From contig CM082583.2 in NCBI GenBank assembly GCA_040954595.2, positions 8,120,849 to 8,184,848 of the forward strand: 64,000 nucleotides of DNA, read 5' to 3'. The stretch comes from Balanoglossus misakiensis (taxonomy: Eukaryota > Animalia > Hemichordata). This document shows, piece after piece, positions 14,923 to 26,522 of the stretch. Positions within the stretch are counted from its first letter, which is position 1; each line of letters starts with the position of its first letter. The notes under the pieces are model-generated. The model was not told the DNA's origin and made no database searches. It was given only the letters and a program-made list of their open reading frames with translations. Made by a program: the position numbers and the translations under genes.

Positions 14923-17900
14923 TTATGCTAACTGAGCTGAATCCATTGATATAGGTTGTGGGGGTGATACAACACTTCTCTGTGCCATTCCGTTTTGACC
15001 CCAAATTTCGTGGCCCCTGGCATCCATTTCCTTGAATCTGAAGCCACTCCTGGACAGATCGATGGCCGGACAAATTTCCGTTTCCTTGGGGATGTACTCG
15101 CTTCGGTACATGGTGCGATCGTCGAACGGCGTGTCACTGACCTGCGCTCCCCTGTCGGGCGCAAAGCTCCTGGGTGGCTGGCCCGCCTTGGGGATATAGT
15201 GCATCTGGTAGTTGGACATTCCTTCAAAGGGCACCGAGGGTTTCTCGTAGGGCTTCCGGGACGGGTCCCCGCGCATCTCCGGCCGCGACTCCCACGGGCG
15301 GAAGTCGGTCTTGTAGTTGGTGCGGTCGTCGAAGGGGCCGCTGTCGTATTTGTTGCGGGAGGGCGGCCGGGCTGCTTTCGACGGCTGCACCCGGTGGGCC
15401 GGGTAGTCCCTCTTGAAGGTGGTCAGTGTGTCGATGTCGCCCTTGGGTTTGACCCACTCGTCCGGAACGTGGACCTGGGGAGGCCGCACCTCCCAGGGTT
15501 TGTAGTCCCTCCTGAACGTGGTGCCGTCGTCGAACGGGTGGTCCGAGTGCAACGGGACCTGCGACGGCTTGAAGCTCTCCAGCCGGGGGGCCTGCTTCTC
15601 GATAAAGTCCCGTTTGTGCGTGGTGAGTCCGTCAAAGCGGTTGGGGTTATGCTTGTAGTTCTCCGGGGTGCGGACGAACCGCGGCTGATGGGGGTGGGCC
15701 ACGTAGGCCAGACGGTGCGACGTTCGGTCGTCAAACGGGATCTCCGACTGCGCCGCTGTCTCATGGGGCTTCATGCTCTGGGTTATAGGCACTTGCTTCG
15801 GTTGGAAGTCTCGCTGGAAGGTGGTCTGACCTTCGAATGGCGCCGATGGAGGGCGATACACGTGCGAGCCCTTGGCCAGATCTCTAGGTTGGAGTTCCCA
15901 TTTACGATAATCAGCTGCAAGAACAAGAGAAACAAAAAGATCAGAACAAATTCTGTACACCACATAATAACTATATCAGGGTATTTTAAATGTTATTTGA
16001 TACCTGACACTAACAGTGACTTGTCCCTTGTATTTTGTCTGGTATTAAATTGACAATCGCGTTTGAATTTGTTGATCTGTTGATGTTTAGAGACATACAG
16101 AATTATTGTCCAGTTTATCATTCCACAAATGAGTGATTGCATAAACCAAAGATACCCTCTACTAGAGCTGCAAGTATGTACTCACTTTTATATGTTGGAT
16201 CGGCCTCAAACTTGTCGAGAGGCACTTTCCTAGTTTGTAGATTTTTGGCGCTTTTAGCGGGGACAGACTTCTTGCCTGGATAGTCCCTTGTGTAAGAAGT
16301 CAACATGTCCATATCGCCCGGCAATGGCTGGTATTCATCGCCCTGGTGAACATAGGGACGCTCCATTGGATGTGGAATAAAGTCTTTCCTGGAAAATAAT
16401 TTTAAAAGTTTGTTTAGGATAATTCATTTCTGTACACAGGGAATAGTAAAATATGTCAATCAGTATGTGAAATGATATGCGCATATGTATTTATAAAATG
16501 ATGAATACAAATACAAACAGGTTCAAAAAATTTCACTGCCACATAAAATGTAATAAGCATTAGGGTGTGACAAATTCCTTCACAGTAGTGAAGATGAACA
16601 AAGCAAACCTTTAGTGAAATTTAATGTATGCTTTCAGGATTAATTGAAAGGAAATCAAAAGACCCGTGTTGATTTCACAACAGCTGTATCCAATGACAAC
16701 GCGAGGTACACTGCTGAGATACACTGTCTTGGTGGAGTCCAGTACTCTTTGAATGAACCCAGCCACGAGTACTTTGGTGAGGTCAATGTCTGAGTGCCAA
16801 ATTATATTCATTCTAGTATGAAATGCAGTAAGTAACTTGGGGGCCAGTCTTATAGTGTGAGATCTTGTGTTCGGGGCACCGGGATTGATACTGATAGGTC
16901 TCCCCACCCAAACCTCCATCCTTTGTTCGGGCTTTCAGCGGGACATGTCACGGTCTGCTTACGGGCAAACTGACAGACAATAAGTACTCTATTCAAGTAA
17001 AGGGAATTTGTTTGTGAATGCACAGGGAGATGCGATAGCCTTGAAAGAAATGCACGCCGTCACGACAACCAACCCCCATTTTTGTTCAGCATTTTCCAAA
17101 TTTGACAGTGTAAAAATATACAACATGTACTTCAGAGCATAAAACTATCGTTGGACGAAATACAAATCAATAATTACTTGTGTGTGGTGGTTGAGTCCAT
17201 TGGACCAGCGCCTTTGATCATTTCTTCTTTTGGTTTGAAGTTGTCTCTCCTGCCAGCCCCTGGGTAGCCCTTGTATTTGTTGGCATATTCGGAGAGGTGG
17301 CAGGGACCGAATCCCTTCTGTACTGTTCCTTGTGGCTTGTGGGGGCAGCGATGGCGCCTGAAGAGCAAAATAAAAACAAGGAATTTACAATTAAATCACA
17401 ACTATGGATGATGGATTCAGTTTGTTACTGTTGCAAGCATATTTTTCAATCAAAAAAATTCTGTTGACCCCAAGAAACTTCTTTGCAGATACATGTAAAT
17501 GTTTTCCGATTTAACTTTATTGGAACATAATGCTGGAAACAGAATATGCAGGCTAATAGACCTGTAAACTTTATAATTATGAGAGTCTTGCCTGGCATTT
17601 ATCGGGAGTCATTAATTTTCAATCACCGGACTACTGCCATTGACAATTACTACATTTGTAGCTTTTTTATTTTCCCCTGGTTTTATTGAGGTCAATCAAT
17701 CTACAAACGAGTAGCCATAACACTAACACCAAACGTATTGGCGTCTTGACAACACAGATTTTGCTAATGAAAAAATTCCTTTCCTGCTACAAGCACTGAC
17801 CAGAAGCATGTAAATAAATCATTTAAAGGGGTTTATCTTTTAGCCTGGGCTGCATGAACCTTGCCGACCTCTCATGAAGGCTCCCCAGATCTTGAGTGAT

Positions 17901-19251
17901 TCAGTTTCAGACCAGTCTCTTTGAGTCTCTCACTCTCCCAGACAAAAGTTTTATTCTCAAAAACAATTGTCTTTGCACCTTATCAACATATAACTGGATG
18001 TAACTTGGAAACTACAACAAGCCAAAGTGCAACACTCATTACACAGACAGGATATACTGACTACCTGTGCACACAATCATTTTTTCCATAGTTACATGAA
18101 CAGGCGAACACAAGATTGTATCCAAAATATTTCGATAAAGTATTGATTAGTGGACAAAATGTTAGCTTCCTGTGCTTTTCGTTACACATTACACGGCAGA
18201 TAAATTTGTGATTCTATTTTGTGTAAAAGAAGAACTGCACCATAGTGTTTTGTGGTTTTAAAAACTCCAGGCTTGACACCATAGTGATGTCAACATCTAT
18301 TTGATTTTGACCTTTAACCTAAGTACATTGTGTCTCACCGACTGAACATTCTTCTGCTTCTGTGACAACTTAACAAGTATTTTCTGTGTAAGAATTACCG
18401 GTACATTATTATCTCACCCAAGGGCAGATTAGACTCAAATCTTCTGCTGTTGTGATGTTTGGAGTTGTTTATAAAACACGTAATCAGCTTGTCAATTCCA
18501 AACATAATTATTTATCTTAAGTCTCTAACAATGGTAACAATGCAATTTTGAGAATGTTATGAACGCCTGAGCACATTTTAAAATCAGATTTACTCTGTTA
18601 GTTTTCTTTTATGTTTACACACAGAATATGCCTTTCATGCCACTATATTTCATAAAACAGTTTGGCAGACACCGTTAAAACATCAGCCTAGGGCAAGGCT
18701 CTCTAGTCATGCCAGATGTAAATTATCTGGACAACCACCAATCCATCACTAACTACCAAATGATCAAATGAAATCAGAAATCAAAAGTAATAATACCTCA
18801 GTGATGACTATATGTCTATTACACTCTACATATAACGGTAAACTGGCCCAAAACTGTTTGTGATCCTTATAATACTAAGTGAGCTACCACTTCAGAATCG
18901 GTAGCGTGGTGTGCTGTGAAATTTGGGTTACAATTATAAGACCATGTCGAGTGGTTCCACTGGGCTACCTTAAAATATGAACATCTGGAAAAGTGGGGTT
19001 TGTTACTAGTAATGGTCCAAAGGAAGATGCTTTAGCTCAAATGATCGGAGAGATTGCTCTGATCTAACTCATACGTGTTAAAAGTAAATCTTGCAATATG
19101 ATATGATGGACATAGAGTCCAAAGCTCAAGTCACATGCAACATACACTGCCTGACAGATATTCCATCCAACAAGTGCACTGGGTCCGATCAAATACATCC
19201 AAATTTTACTTACCCACAGGTACAAATTTCACAAATGCACCTCTTCGTCAT
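14923..19251 (-). CDS. SAXO2: Stabilizer of axonemal microtubules (SAXO1/2, FAM154 family), 4 coding exons
   Basis: Exons 19214-19251, 17178-17357, 16186-16388, 14923-15914, all GT-AG and in phase. N-terminus MTKRCICEICTCGRHRCPH is the SAXO Cys-rich signature; about 12 Mn-type repeats (e.g. FEGQTTFQRDF, FDDGTTFRRDY, FDDRTNYKTDF) spaced ~33-35 aa. Likely co-ortholog of vertebrate SAXO1 and SAXO2. Confidence 0.93.
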
Positions 19252-19413
19252 TTTGCTTCCCAGAGATTTCAATTTATGGCTCTGGTCGCAGGCTTTCGTT
19301 CGATTCTTGAAGCACGATTTCAGCCAGAAGCCCCTGTGAAGCTGAAGTATTTCAGTTGTTGGTGGGGTGTTATGGTGGCCAAGGATATCGCGTTAGTTTG
19401 TTTGGCTGTTGTT

Positions 19414-19427
19414 GTTGCCACGTCAAC
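19414..19427. promoter_or_regulatory. RFX X-box in the SAXO/EFL1 divergent promoter
   Basis: GTTGCCACGTCAAC matches GTTGCCATGGCAAC at 12/14 positions, ~165 bp upstream of the SAXO ATG; forkhead-like GTTTGTTT at ~19396. Confidence 0.6.
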
Positions 19428-19920
19428 CTGAATATTCATAGCGTGTTGGGGGCAGGTCTCTGCGAGAAATGAGCGCTATCCATTGGCCAGCAGACTGAGT
19501 GATTGGAGTTGAAAGGTCAGCGCGTTGAAGTCACGTCGCCTTCGCCGCGCCGCCAACGACGACACTCTCAGCAGATATCATTTCGGGTGCGAGAGAAACT
19601 GATCCAGGAAGTTGCGCAAGTGCCAAGAAACAGCAGACAGGCAGTGCGTACATGCTGCTGGATGTATGTTGACAACGTGCAACGATAATCGCGATACCGG
19701 AGAAAGATTTTCATCGAGTGAAAGTACCCGTAGATATCCGTCGTTCAAGCAGTCATCGCATCGGTTAAGGTGAGTTTCCGCTGAACAGATGGAAATCGAA
19801 ATTTGAGATTGTGAAGGCTGTCATTCATCTGTTCATTGCCAGCTGACTTTCCTGATACTCAGTCACACTGTTACTGTAATGTCGTTCCACAGGTTGGTGA
19901 TCGAGTGAACACCATCGAAA

Positions 19921-22900
19921 ATGAGGACCACTACAACATCAAAGCTTGCATTTCTTCAGCGGAACCCTACCAATATAAGAAACATGTGTATACTTGCGCA
20001 CGTTGATCATGGTAAGTCTCTAAGTTGACGTACAGCCTCATGTTTGATTTCATAACCATGAACACAGTGTATGTCAACAAAGTTTCCATTGAATCAAGTC
20101 ATCCGACTGCTTGCAGTGCAGTGCAATTCTTCAAAAGAAATACAAAACACGGTATCCCGGTTTTGCGTGACTTTGGCACCGCATATATGTTAGTTATGAA
20201 TATGTACCATTCTTCCTTCCAGGGAAAACAACAATTGCTGATTCCCTCATTGCCAGTAATGGAATTATATCACAAAGGTTAGCTGGAAAATTACGATATC
20301 TAGACAGCAGGGAAGATGAACAAATCAGAGGAATTACAATGAAATCAAGTGCTATATCACTGCACTTTATCAAAGGTAAGATATATTATGAAACAGCAAA
20401 AACAACCACCAAGTTTTGATGCATTTGTATTTATCAAAAATGTATATTTAATAAGTGTTAGCACAAACACACATCTTTGCAAATTGATCTTCTCTCTTCT
20501 TCTTCAGACACAGAAGATTACCTTATTAACCTCATAGATTCTCCGGGTCATGTCGATTTCTCAAGTGAGGTTTCTACAGCTGTCAGACTGTGTGATGGTG
20601 CACTCATCATTGTTGATGTTGTAGAAGGAGTTTGCCCACAGGTAAGGTGGATTAAAAGTTTTGTACTACTCTAGTAAAGCTCTCCATTTCAATGATTTTT
20701 GGAAAGTACATGTGTGATATGTTTGTATTTCAGACGCATGTGGTGCTGCGGCAGGCATGGCTGGAGAACATCAAACCAGTGCTGGTGTTGAACAAAATGG
20801 ACAGGCTGATCACAGAACTGAAATACAGCCCCATGGAAGCTCATTTACACTTGCAGCAAATACTGGAGCAGGTCAATGCAGTCACTGGTGCTCTCTTTGC
20901 CACAGATGTGTTGGAAAAGACTGCCAATGTAAGTGTCTATGGTGGCGATTTGCCAGTTTGCGTTATTCATGTTGGTCGTGTTGTTGCCCTAAACCCTCCA
21001 CCCATACCAATTACACACAGTCATCAGTCATGGTTCAAAGGTTACATTAGCCATGCTTATTATAAAATGTTACCTGTCTTATTTATTAATAGAAATCTAA
21101 TGGAACAGAGGATACAACCCAGCCTTTCACAGAAGAGCATGTGTATGACTGGAGCGCAGGACTTGAAGAAACAGATGATTCTAGTCTGTATTTCTCACCC
21201 GATCAGGGCAATGTTATCTTCGCAAGCGCCATAGATGGATGGGGATTTAGGTAATCGCATTTGAGTTTATCTCATTAATATGTGTGTAAGTTTGAAATGC
21301 TTCTCATTATGCATAAATTCCTGGTTAACCTATCACAACCATCATAAACTAGGATTAACTAGCAATTACTCAGAATCATAGAACAATGATTTTTCTTTAC
21401 CAACAGTATCAGTCACTTTGCTGAGATGTACGCCAGTAAACTTGGAATCAAAGCTGACATTCTCAGGAAGACATTATGGGGAGATTTTTATCTGAACACC
21501 AAGACGAAGAGAATTATGAAAGGAGCACAGGTGAATATTAATATTGTCTGTGCAATTATTGCTTTGTTCCTGCTATGCTATTAGAAAGAAAGCTTTGTCA
21601 AAAGAGGGCAGTATCCACTGTCTCTCCTGGTCATGGAACCGAAAACACACTATTGCTTGCCAGATGTAATGCACATAAAATGTACAGTGTACATTTCATC
21701 TTTCATCACCTGATTCTAATTTCAAAAGTGGTGTCTGATGTGTATTTTATTTTTCAGAACAAAGCAAAGAAACCGTTGTTTGTTCAGTTCGTGCTGGAAA
21801 ATCTCTGGTCAGTCTATGAAGCAGTTCAGATCAGGAGGTGGGTATTGAGCTTCACTGCTGCAAGTTTTGCATCCTAGTATGTTCTGTTCACAAAAGTGAC
21901 AGCCCTTTTGACAAAATGACATCATCACATTTAGTATCCCAGTAACACATGTTTTATTCTCTTTATACAGAGATACCGATAAGATTGAGAAGATTGTAAA
22001 GTCCCTGAATTTGAAAATTTCCAGTCGAGATTCACGTCATAATGATGCCCGTGTTCATCTACAGGCCATCTGTAACCAATGGTTACCTCTCTCCAAAGCC
22101 GTTCTCTGTATCCTTGTTTTGGCATCTAATCCAATTGGGTGGATACAAATATATCATACTGGTGTGGGTATGGTTCTTAGTTTGAATCCCTTAAAAAATG
22201 GTTCTTTCCACAATCACTGCATAATGGGAACTTTGATGGAACCCATTTTGTTTTGTAGCCATGGTCACATTCATGCTCAGGTATCATACAGTTTCCTTAA
22301 CTCGCCTGCAGCCATGGTCATAGACAAGTTACCCAGTCCACTGCAGATCAGTGAAGAAAGAGTGGAGAAATTGATGTGTAGTGGTGGAAGGCGATTTGAT
22401 ACATTTCCCGCTCAAACACAAGAACTGAAAAAGGGTAAATGCGCCCCAAAATTAAGTAGTTAATGTACATGTATGTGGTTGTTTATCAAGTGTAACTACC
22501 AGTAGGTTTTCACATTTGAACACAGGATCGCAAAGGTAATGTTCTGCTAAAGATTGCAGTTTGTAGAAACATGATTTGAATGGCACATGAGAATTTACCC
22601 ATACTGGGGAAAAGGTGATTAAAAGTATGGATTTTATTCACATCATTGATTGTTCCTCCCGTCTGCAGATTTCCAAGCGTGCAACGCATCCACAGATGCA
22701 CCGGTCATCATCTACATCTCAAAGATGTTTCCAGTCGACAAGAAAGCATTGCCTCAGAACAGGCAAAGGTCAGTCTTGCATCAGACTAAGATTAAAATGT
22801 CAACGGTTAAATTAGCTGTTTGGAACCTATTTAAACTAAAAGCTGGAACAGAGAAGTCATAATAAATACATTATCTTCAGATTGTTATATACACAAAATT

Positions 22901-25900
22901 GTCACCAGTGTGCTGTACTGTGTTGGTATAGCTTGAGGTATAATTTAGATTGTGCACCACAATTCAAATATAAATTGACATCATTCCCCCATCCACTCAG
23001 ACCTCTTACACACGAGGAAATCCAACAAAGGCGAGAGCTAGCCCGACAGAAACATGCCGAGAAACTGGCCAACATTGCTGCAGAGTCCACCAGTGAAAAA
23101 GATGCAGAAAACAACAGTGGTAAGTCTCAGTGATCTCACCTGTGTGTTCACATAGAAAATGCCAGTCCATGCAGTTGTGCTGTGCAGAATTTTTTTGTTA
23201 GTTTTAGCCTGAGTGATTTAAATTGATTTTATTTTGCAGTGTGAAGATTCTGATATATCCATCCATTTTATTCTTCAATTATCTTTAGATGAGCAAGCCC
23301 ATGCCACTAGCGCTATTGAAAAATTAGCCGAAAAAGAAAAGGATGACAATGGCGAGACTTTCATTGCATTTGCCAGGATATTTAGTGGTAGCGTCAGAAA
23401 GGGGCAGAAGATCTTTATACTGGGTCCAAAACATGATCCAGCTAAAGCTATTGCTCAGGTAGGTAATGTCTCGTTGTCTTAGATAGAATTCACTGTTCAT
23501 ATAAAATTATTTTGCATATATGTACAAATCTGATGACATTGCATCTTTAATGCACTTACATTGTCTCTCACATATTTGAACAGAACTGATGACATTACAT
23601 CTTTAATGTATTTGATATTGACTGCAGGGAGAGGAAGCTGTCAGCAGTGAAACTCTGGATCAGATGGAAAAGACCAAACACATCTCCTACACAACGGTCG
23701 GCGAGACCTACCTCCTGATGGGGAGAGAGTTGGAAAGTATGGATGATATTCCGGCGGGCAACGTGTTTGGAATTTCCGGCTTCGAGGATCACGTCCTGAA
23801 GTCAGCCACCGCTTCCAGCACTGTGGCGTGCCCAGCGTTCACTGACATGGATTTTGAAGCGGCCGCCATTGTCAGGGTTGCCGTGGAACCGACGCATCCA
23901 GGTGGGTAGTCTAAGAGTGAGATAAGCCTGAAAATTATTGTACTATTAAAGTGTGATTATTTGTTACAAAATTGTTGTCATTTGCAGCTGACATGCCGTC
24001 CCTTGTCAAGGGTATGAAGTTACTGAATCAGGCCGATCCTTGTGTGGAGACTTTGGTCCAGGAGACAGGGGAACATGTGATCGTTGCCGCCGGTGAGGTG
24101 CACCTCCAACGATGTCTGGATGACCTCAGAGACAGGTGAGATTGTAGTGTATGTTAGTCTGTGTCTATCTGTTTATCCCCTGTGTGGTTGTATGTAGATC
24201 TCATTCTACACATATAATGTCATGTCTTCTGGAATAACTTCTGTGTGATTAAAACTTGTAAATCTGCCTGTGTGTTGTCAGCATGGCCAATTCATTGTCA
24301 TGTGTCTGTTTCCCAGGTATGCCAAAATTGAAATCAGCGTCTCGGCTCCGATTGTGCCCTTCCGGGAAACGATCATACGCCCTCCGACCATCGACATGGT
24401 GAACGAGGTCATCGACTGGGAGAATACCATTCAGAGGAATCGGAGCCTGGACGAGCTGATCCACGAAGACACGGAGATCGCACCGGACGGGCTGGTGAAA
24501 ATGAAAACGGCAGACAGGCAGTGCAGTGTCCACGTACGCGCCGTGCCCCTCCCCGATCCGGTGACGGAGTTATTAGAAGCTAGCACCGAAGTCATCAGAG
24601 TGTTGGATAAAGTAGCCCGGGGGAAGATGGATGAGGGCAAGTTGAGCTCCGTCATGCTGGAAAAAATTGTGGAATTCCGGAATCTACTGGGGAGTGCTTT
24701 CCAAGAATCGGGAAAGCAGTGGATGGGGACCATGGAACAGATTTGGACTTTTGGGCCCAGGTACTGCGGACCGAATATCCTCTTAAACAGGACTGGTGAC
24801 TATAAAAGACCCTCCATCTGGGAATTTCTTAAAGAGGACGCTGATAGGACAGTAGCCGGTTTGAGGGAATTCGACAACAGTGTAGTGAGTGGGTTTCAGT
24901 TGGCCACTTTGGCCGGACCCATGTGCGAGGAGCCCATGATGGGCGTGTGTTTTGCTATGGAAGGCTGGGATATGGGTGCGTCGAGCAAGGATGACCAGAA
25001 TCGAGGGAACGGCGGTCCAGAAGAACAACCAAAATCGGAAGGTAGCGAAACCGGAAAGACAAGCAGAGGAAATGCAGAGGCTAGCGGGCGGTTTGGCCCG
25101 TTTTCCGGACACATGATTTCCACGGTGAAGGACGCGTGCAGGGTTTCATTCCAGGTGCAGCCGCAGAGACTTAAAGCGGCCATGTATAAGTGTGACATCC
25201 AGGCAACAGCTGATGTTTTAGGTAGGTAGGATACTGGCGAACATTATAACTCAGCCTGTCTACCCCGACTTTAGTGTATCTAGAAGTACGTGCATGTGAG
25301 TAATGTCAAGTTCAGTAAAGCATCTTGCAAAAAATAAAATTGTGATCATCTTTTCTCTTTTCCTTGCAGGTCGAATGTACGCCGTGTTAAACAAGAGAAA
25401 CGGCCGAATTCTGCAGGAGGAGATGAGGGAAGGATCCTCAGTGTTCATGGTCAAAGCTGTCCTGCCCATAGCTGAGAGTTTTGGCTTTGCCGAAGAAATC
25501 CGGAAGAGAACGAGTGGACAGGCCAGTCCACAGTTGTTCTTCAGTCACTGGGAGGCAAGTACAAAAGAGTAGTTCACCTGCAGCCAGGGTAGTGGTTTCC
25601 TGCAGGGTTTTTTTCATATATGGGATATTGAAACTTTATGTTGTGCGTAGTTGTGCGCTTAATTTTTGCCGTACAACAGGGATTAGAGCAAAGTTATCAA
25701 TAACAATAATATTGAAATGATTGGCGAAGAAGTTGTTGCCTTTTCACCAAAATGAAGTGCTTTCACTAGCCGCAATTTTCTTCAACGAACAGACAAGTTT
25801 TCATAGAGTCTCTTCCCTCCCCCCTCCCCCCACAGACCGTATCGAGCGATCCATTCTGGGTGCCTTCCACCGAAGAGGAGCTCTTGCACTTCGGCGAGAA

Positions 25901-26024
25901 GGCTGACTCTGACAACCATGCCAGGAAATACATGGACAGTGTGCGCAGAAGGAAAGGGTTGTACGTGGAAGAACAGATCGTGGAGCATGGGGAAAAGCAG
26001 AGAACTTTGGGGAGAAACAAATAG
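19921..26024 (+). CDS. EFL1: Elongation factor-like GTPase 1 (60S maturation factor), 17 coding exons
   Basis: Exons 19921-20011, 20223-20375, 20508-20641, 20734-20928, 21093-21250, 21407-21530, 21758-21837, 21971-22107, 22312-22434, 22669-22768, 23001-23119, 23289-23458, 23628-23901, 23988-24135, 24317-25221, 25370-25554, 25836-26024. Motifs [33 protein letters not shown]; C-terminus [21 protein letters not shown]...[14 protein letters not shown] is EFL1-specific. 5'UTR intron at about 19770-19892. Confidence 0.97.
22108..22311 (+). other. U12-type (minor spliceosome) GT-AG intron of EFL1
   Basis: 5' site GTATCCTT; branch site TTCCTTAAC at 22293-22301, 10 nt before the end of the intron; no pyrimidine tract; splicing restores [14 protein letters not shown]. 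Confidence 0.9.
25555..25835 (+). other. GC-AG intron (last intron of EFL1)
   Basis: GAG|GCAAGT donor and C-rich tract ending CACAG; joins FSHWE to [10 protein letters not shown], colinear with EFL1 orthologs. Confidence 0.88.
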
Positions 26025-26334
26025 ACGTCTGGCTGTTCATGGACTGTGCAATTTTGTTAATTTCACCAATTGCAAATGAAATTTTTTTTTTGTCAGAATG
26101 ACAGTTGTCAAGATTCAAATGGTACAGGTTCTTTCTGGGTTTTCCAGCTCCCGGGCATTCCTTTTCTTTGAAACTGCAGTTTGCCTTCAAAATGCACTTC
26201 TCAATGTCCACGTCTGGTGAATATTGAAACAAGAGAGAAGACATGTTTCTATTTAATAAGTTATGATAAAGATACATTTTATAATGCAAAAAATAATAGT
26301 GTCGATATTGGAAAAGGGAAAGCTATGAGAAAGT

Positions 26335-26352
26335 TGACCGCTAGAGGGCGTT
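26335..26352 (+). promoter_or_regulatory. CTCF-like site between the convergent EFL1 and carboxylesterase 3' ends
   Basis: TGACCGCTAGAGGGCGTT closely matches the CTCF core CCRSYAGRKGGCR. Confidence 0.5.
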
Positions 26353-26522
26353 TTCAACCACCTGTTGATTTCTCTGTTTGTGTGTTTGTTTGTTTGCCTA
26401 CCATTATCTCCATCTCATTAGCGTTGTTCCGTATACCGGTACTAGTAATTTCTTTTTTCAGTTCTGAATGTTGAAAGTCACAACCAACTTGTTCTTTTCT
26501 CCCATACCACACATCTGCAACT

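Noticed and set aside
14995-16053. 352-aa plus-strand ORF and other overlapping ORFs
   Set aside because: Antisense shadow of the GC-rich, repetitive SAXO last exon; no recognisable protein features.
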